Origin: Priapulus caudatus | Lineage: Eukaryota | Reading direction: 5' to 3' | Length of the DNA: 38,971 nt | NCBI RefSeq assembly: GCF_000485595.1 | Contig: NW_014577063.1 | Span: forward strand, 908,214 to 947,184 | Part shown: in pieces, positions 36,301-38,971 of the stretch | Numbering within the stretch: the first letter of the stretch is position 1 | Layout of the letters: every line of letters begins with the position of its first letter | The notes under the pieces: model-generated | What the model saw: the letters and a program-made list of their open reading frames with translations, nothing else | The model's database searches: none | Told to the model about the DNA's origin: nothing | Made by a program: the position numbers and the translations under genes

Positions 36301-37696
36301 CCGAAGCCTTACTTTGATTGTGCGGAGGCGATATGCGTGGATGGTGCACGCTATTCATCGCCAATGTTTGCACGGCTCGCGAATAACAGCTCGCGTAACT
36401 ACGTTCAGGTTACTATATAACGTTAAATTGCGTTTTGGATAATGTGTTAAATGTTTCGCCAGCTCAGGCACTCTAATATGGTTTCGAAACAGACTGGATT
36501 GATGCTTGCGCTGCTTCTTATATATCGTGTGTAAATTTGTCACGGCTATTAAATCTTCTGAGAAACGGGCGGTGATTATTTTCGTAAATCGACGAGTGGT
36601 TTTTCTAGCACTTGTGTCAATTAAAGTGCGTGAGTTTGTTTCCATGGCGTAGTAAGAAACATTTTGTATGTTTTTGTCGTACCCGCAAAAATGCGTATTG
36701 CATTACGCGTTAAAGGAATCAAAAAATGCATGGAAATTGTACTATCCTTTTTTTATGGAATGCCTTTATTTGTGACGCAGTGGCGTAGCAACGGGTTGAC
36801 ATAGATCTATCGAATATTGAGCATCACGCAGTGCGATCCAGAAAGCAATGAAAGTTGGGGGACAACGACGACGTATTTCGGTGGCATGCCCGATTTATGT
36901 CTGACCCCTACACAAAGGGTACATAATTAATATTATCTCCTAAGAGCGCATGTATAAACGTATACTAAATTGCGTCTTGCTTTGTTATATCACTTCGGTC
37001 TTGTCGGTGCATTAAAGGTTTGCGCGTGAGTTTCGTGTAAACACTTTTCCATTGGTTGCTTCTCGATTTGCCGTCCATCCGTCCGTCCACCGCGTGCCGT
37101 CTCTCCGTCCGTGCATCCGTCGCCGTCTCTCCGCCCATCCATCCGTCATCCATCTAACCATCTGACCGTCTGTCCGTTCATCTGCTCGTCTCTCCGTCCA
37201 TCTATCCGTCCATCCATCAAACCGTCTGACCGTCCGCCCGTCCGTCCGCCCGTCCTTCCGTCCGTCCGTCCGCCCGTCTCTCCGTCCATCCATCCTCTAT
37301 CCATCAACTATCCGACCGTCTGCCCGTCATTCCGTCCGTCCGTTCGTCCGTCCGCCCATGATCCCATCCATCCATCAATCTATCTATCTGTCTATCTAGC
37401 TATCTACCTCGTTTGTATGTCTACCCTATTCTCTATTTCGATATCAGCGCTTATGTGATATACGTTCATTACGGTATCGTAAGAACACGATACGCACCAA
37501 ACCTAATGGATTGATTTATGTTTACGCAGTGCGTCCCACGACGTTCGTTAGGCTTCAGAAGTGGCGCTTACTATTGCATGTGCCAGGATGGATATTACTT
37601 TCCGAACACAAGCAGAAAGCCCACCGGGCTATCTCGGCATCGACGTTGAACGGGAATTCGCTCTTATGAACGAAAACAAGTACAATGTGTATAAAG
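24164..37696 (+). CDS. 5' part (7 exons) of a GPR158/GPR179/CG31760-like class C GPCR gene; continues beyond the window
   Basis: Ordered exons with canonical AG/GT ends give signal peptide, then [75 protein letters not shown] and [26 protein letters not shown]. These are motifs I recognise from the Cache plus EGF-like ectodomain of this family. Several indels had to be read through. The 7TM region is not in the window. Confidence 0.88.
24541..24680 (+). repeat. Two imperfect 72-bp tandem copies
   Basis: taccgtatacgt...gcaatacaacaggg...tgtcatta starts at 24541 and at 24613. Confidence 0.85.
24985..25210 (-). mobile_element. Possible decayed 3' fragment of an RTE-type LINE
   Basis: Purine-rich minus strand with broken resemblance to the GKR.RGRP..RW...V..DL tail of RTE ORFs; heavily frameshifted. 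Confidence 0.25.
25260..25493. mobile_element. PIF/Harbinger-type (Tourist-like) MITE, 234 bp
   Basis: TTA|AGCTGGGGTTACACTACCGACTTTA...TAAAGTCGGTAGTGTAAGCCCAGCT|TTA: 25-bp TIR with one mismatch and a TTA target duplication. Confidence 0.9.
27025..29023 (-). mobile_element. Internally deleted PIF/Harbinger DNA transposon (~2 kb) in GPCR intron 1
   Basis: TIRs GGCCCAGTCACACATACGCGACGCACG (27025) and CGTGCGTCGTGTATGGTGTGACTGGCGC (ends 29023), subterminal direct repeats gcacagcgtgttgctagcgc, and an enclosed transposase. TSD not recognisable. Confidence 0.88.
27337..28418 (-). pseudogene. Harbinger DDE transposase pseudogene (HARBI1-related, DDE_Tnp_4-type)
   Basis: Motifs [89 protein letters not shown]. 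In-frame TGA at the expected Trp (27846-27848), a frameshift in the T run near 27590, and truncation after LIVTACM. Confidence 0.95.
29956..30007. repeat. Perfect 17-bp inverted repeat with an 18-nt spacer
   Basis: attataacacaaattat ... ataatttgtgttataat. Confidence 0.8.
30518..30917 (+). repeat. 109-bp minisatellite, at least 3.7 units, truncated by the gap at 30918-30927
   Basis: Units start at 30518, 30623, 30732 and 30841 (tcgccccttc...gggacgtacaccgctttatgtgtattaaaggg...). Confidence 0.95.
31634..31928 (+). mobile_element. Possible solo LTR containing a perfect 29-bp tandem duplication
   Basis: Begins TGTCATGT, ends GGCAACA, has internal TATATAAGC and an aatttactcagtt segment. cgtcatctttatatactgacgtatataag is duplicated at 31792 and 31821. 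No TSD seen. Confidence 0.3.
32670..32950 (+). repeat. (TA)n/(CA)n microsatellite cluster
   Basis: Direct reading. Confidence 0.9.
32972..33097 (+). CDS. GPCR exon 2
   Basis: tttttttacag| acceptor and CTG|gtgagt donor; (E)[21 protein letters not shown]...[10 protein letters not shown]. Removing one base gives WKKQAL and a phase-0 join to exon 3. Confidence 0.85.
33200..33345 (+). repeat. (GA)n microsatellite
   Basis: Direct reading. Confidence 0.95.
33572..33983. mobile_element. Foldback (fully palindromic) MITE, P/Galileo-like, 412 bp
   Basis: About 200-bp arms (33572-33771 and 33787-33983) are reverse complements around a 15-nt spacer. Ends CACAGG...CCTGTG; 7-bp direct repeat ctgtgca on both flanks (33565-33571, 33984-33990). 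Confidence 0.85.
34231..34414 (+). CDS. GPCR exon 3 (start of Cache-type domain), indel-damaged
   Basis: tgttgtgtag| acceptor and |gtaaat donor; frame-hopping reading VAVHT..ITKLWM..NNGT.HAIDD.IF.AMTR.MVEIES.RIFG.AM.FDEYAL.DYRM. Confidence 0.75.
34495..34882 (+). repeat. 31-bp minisatellite GTATGTGTCGTATATGCGTCACATGTGCGTC
   Basis: Clean units at about 34617-34710 with degenerate units on both sides; built from ~10-bp subunits. Confidence 0.92.
34885..35312. mobile_element. Harbinger-type MITE (~428 bp)
   Basis: TAA|GGCCCGGCTCACCACGTGAGT ... ACTCACGTATGCGCCGGGCT imperfect TIRs and repeated internal gtgagtaaaaattactca motifs. The right TSD does not match. Confidence 0.7.
35662..35829 (+). CDS. 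GPCR exon 4, indel-damaged
   Basis: cattttag| acceptor and GAG|gtaggt donor; reads ...[45 protein letters not shown]. Confidence 0.75.
36220..36408 (+). CDS. GPCR exon 5 (Cache core motif)
   Basis: tatttgcgcag| acceptor and TCAG|gttact donor; [56 protein letters not shown], with several 1-2 nt indels. Confidence 0.88.
36781..36918 (+). CDS. GPCR exon 6
   Basis: tttgtgacgcag| acceptor and AGG|gtacat donor; [45 protein letters not shown] after removing two single-base insertions. Confidence 0.88.
37070..37405 (+). repeat. Degenerate (CCGT/CCAT)n then (TCTA)n microsatellite
   Basis: Direct reading. Confidence 0.9.
37530..37696 (+). CDS. GPCR exon 7 (EGF-like domain)
   Basis: tgtttacgcag| acceptor, phase 0; [27 protein letters not shown]...[22 protein letters not shown] with one net frameshift near 37610-37630; donor AAG|gtcggt. 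Confidence 0.9.
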
Positions 37697-37731
37697 GTCG
37701 GTATATTTACATCTTACTTTTNNNNNNNNNN

Positions 37732-38692
37732 ACTGAAGGAAAGCGGTAAGGAAAAAATTTGATGGCGATAGAAAAGCAATGGGGCTGGGCTAGGGAGAAG
37801 GGAGGCAAGGAGCAGGACGCGAGGAAATGACTTAGGAGTTTTACACCCTATAGACTAGGGCGCTCTACTAATTATAAACACAGGTCTACTGATAACAATT
37901 TATTACATAAATCTATGCTGAAATATCCCCTGGCCATATTAAATGCATATCCATAAAAAAATATTATTCCTCTGGTGAGATAATGCGCATGCGCTAACAC
38001 TAACGTAGTCATATTGTGTACTGACTGGTACATGCCTCGGTCACCTTACATGCCAGGCCTTCTTCCTATTTCTTATCAGAGGTGTACTGATGAAATATTA
38101 TCATATAGATCTATGCTAGAATACCTCTTCTTCATATTAAATGCATAATTATCGCAAAATAATATTCTTCACGGGAGATATTGCGCATGCGTGAGCACCG
38201 TTCCAGGCGTACATTACGGAGTGATAAAAACGGCATAATATAGCTTGCTGAGGTAGACAGAGGGGTGAGAGACTGAGGGAAGGCGGTAGGGAATTAAGAT
38301 AGTTGATGGGCGATAAAAAAGCAATGGGGCTGGGCAAGAGACAAAGGAGGCAAGGGGCATGACGGGAGGGGATGACTTGAAAGTTTTTCACTCTATAGGC
38401 TAGGTCGCTCTACTAATTATCAACACAAGACTACTGATAAAAATTTATTACATATATCTATGCTGAGATACCCCCTGACCGTATTAAATGCATATTCATT
38501 ACAAAATATTACTCTTCTGATAAGATAATGCGCATGCGCTAACACACTAACGTAGACAGATTGTGTACTGACTGGTATATGCTGCTGGTACCATGCACGC
38601 AACATTTTCTTCATATTTCTTAACAAAGGTCTACTGATGAAATGTTATCATATAAATCTATGCTAGAATACCTCCTCTTCATATTAAATGCA
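37732..38692 (+). repeat. Tandem array of a ~540-bp monomer (about 1.8 units visible; left end in the gap at 37722-37731)
   Basis: actga(a/g)gga at 37732 and 38272; units colinear and homologous to 13765-14305 and its duplicate. Confidence 0.9.
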
Positions 38693-38734
38693 TACTTACC
38701 TGATACGACAACGACCTCTTGAGCGGTGGGAGAA

Positions 38735-38860
38735 CTGATGACTCATTTAGCCCGCTTTAGAGTTTTGTGTCTGTACGCTCCTACTTAGCGCGAGTTAAGA
38801 TAGCGCGCGTTAAACGCGCGTCTTACGCGCGCTAAAATTCGTAGTCTGTACGGGGTATAA
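38735..38860 (-). mobile_element. One end of a probable Harbinger-type MITE
   Basis: Minus strand reads TTA|TACCCCGTACAGACTAC with an internal repeat of cgtacagac and cgcgcg palindromes; partner TIR not found. Confidence 0.35.
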
Positions 38861-38930
38861 GTGTCGGGTGAACCATGCAGGCGTAACCTGAGGTTACGAG
38901 AATGCGATGGTCGGCAGCGCTCTTTGAGAA

Positions 38931-38971
38931 ACACACACACACACACACATACACACACACACACACACACA
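38931..38971 (+). repeat. (CA)n microsatellite running off the window
   Basis: Direct reading. Confidence 0.9.

Noticed and set aside
36778..36800. CAGTGGCGTAGC resembling a hAT TIR
   Set aside because: Better explained as the splice acceptor plus GVAT codons of GPCR exon 6.
38692..38702. ATACTTACCTG, identical to the 5' end of U1 snRNA
   Set aside because: The following bases do not resemble U1; it is a chance or antisense splice-donor match at a repeat boundary.

Overview
Repeat-rich genomic DNA from an invertebrate animal (spliceosomal introns, no CpG depletion). The assembly is error-prone: it has four N gaps, many single-base indels and one T-depleted junk segment. Almost every entry in the ORF track is a translation of microsatellite or other noncoding sequence. 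Reading through the indels shows five main things. (1) A + strand intron-containing gene with 7 exons between 24164 and 37696, continuing past the window. It encodes the signal peptide, Cache-type domain and EGF-like domain of a GPR158/GPR179/CG31760-type class C GPCR. (2) A candidate divergently transcribed - strand gene (about 7900 down to 475 and beyond) for an unidentified, probably secreted Ser/Thr-rich protein. (3) A dead, internally deleted PIF/Harbinger transposon, several MITEs and a foldback element with a 7-bp TSD. (4) A ~3.4-kb tandem duplication carrying a non-autonomous Helitron between two inverted copies of a repeat family. (5) In that family a ~540-bp monomer occurs in 0, 1 and about 2 copies within this window. 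I cannot support a wholly new biological system; the best leads are the hidden GPCR, the orphan secreted gene and the element-borne satellite.
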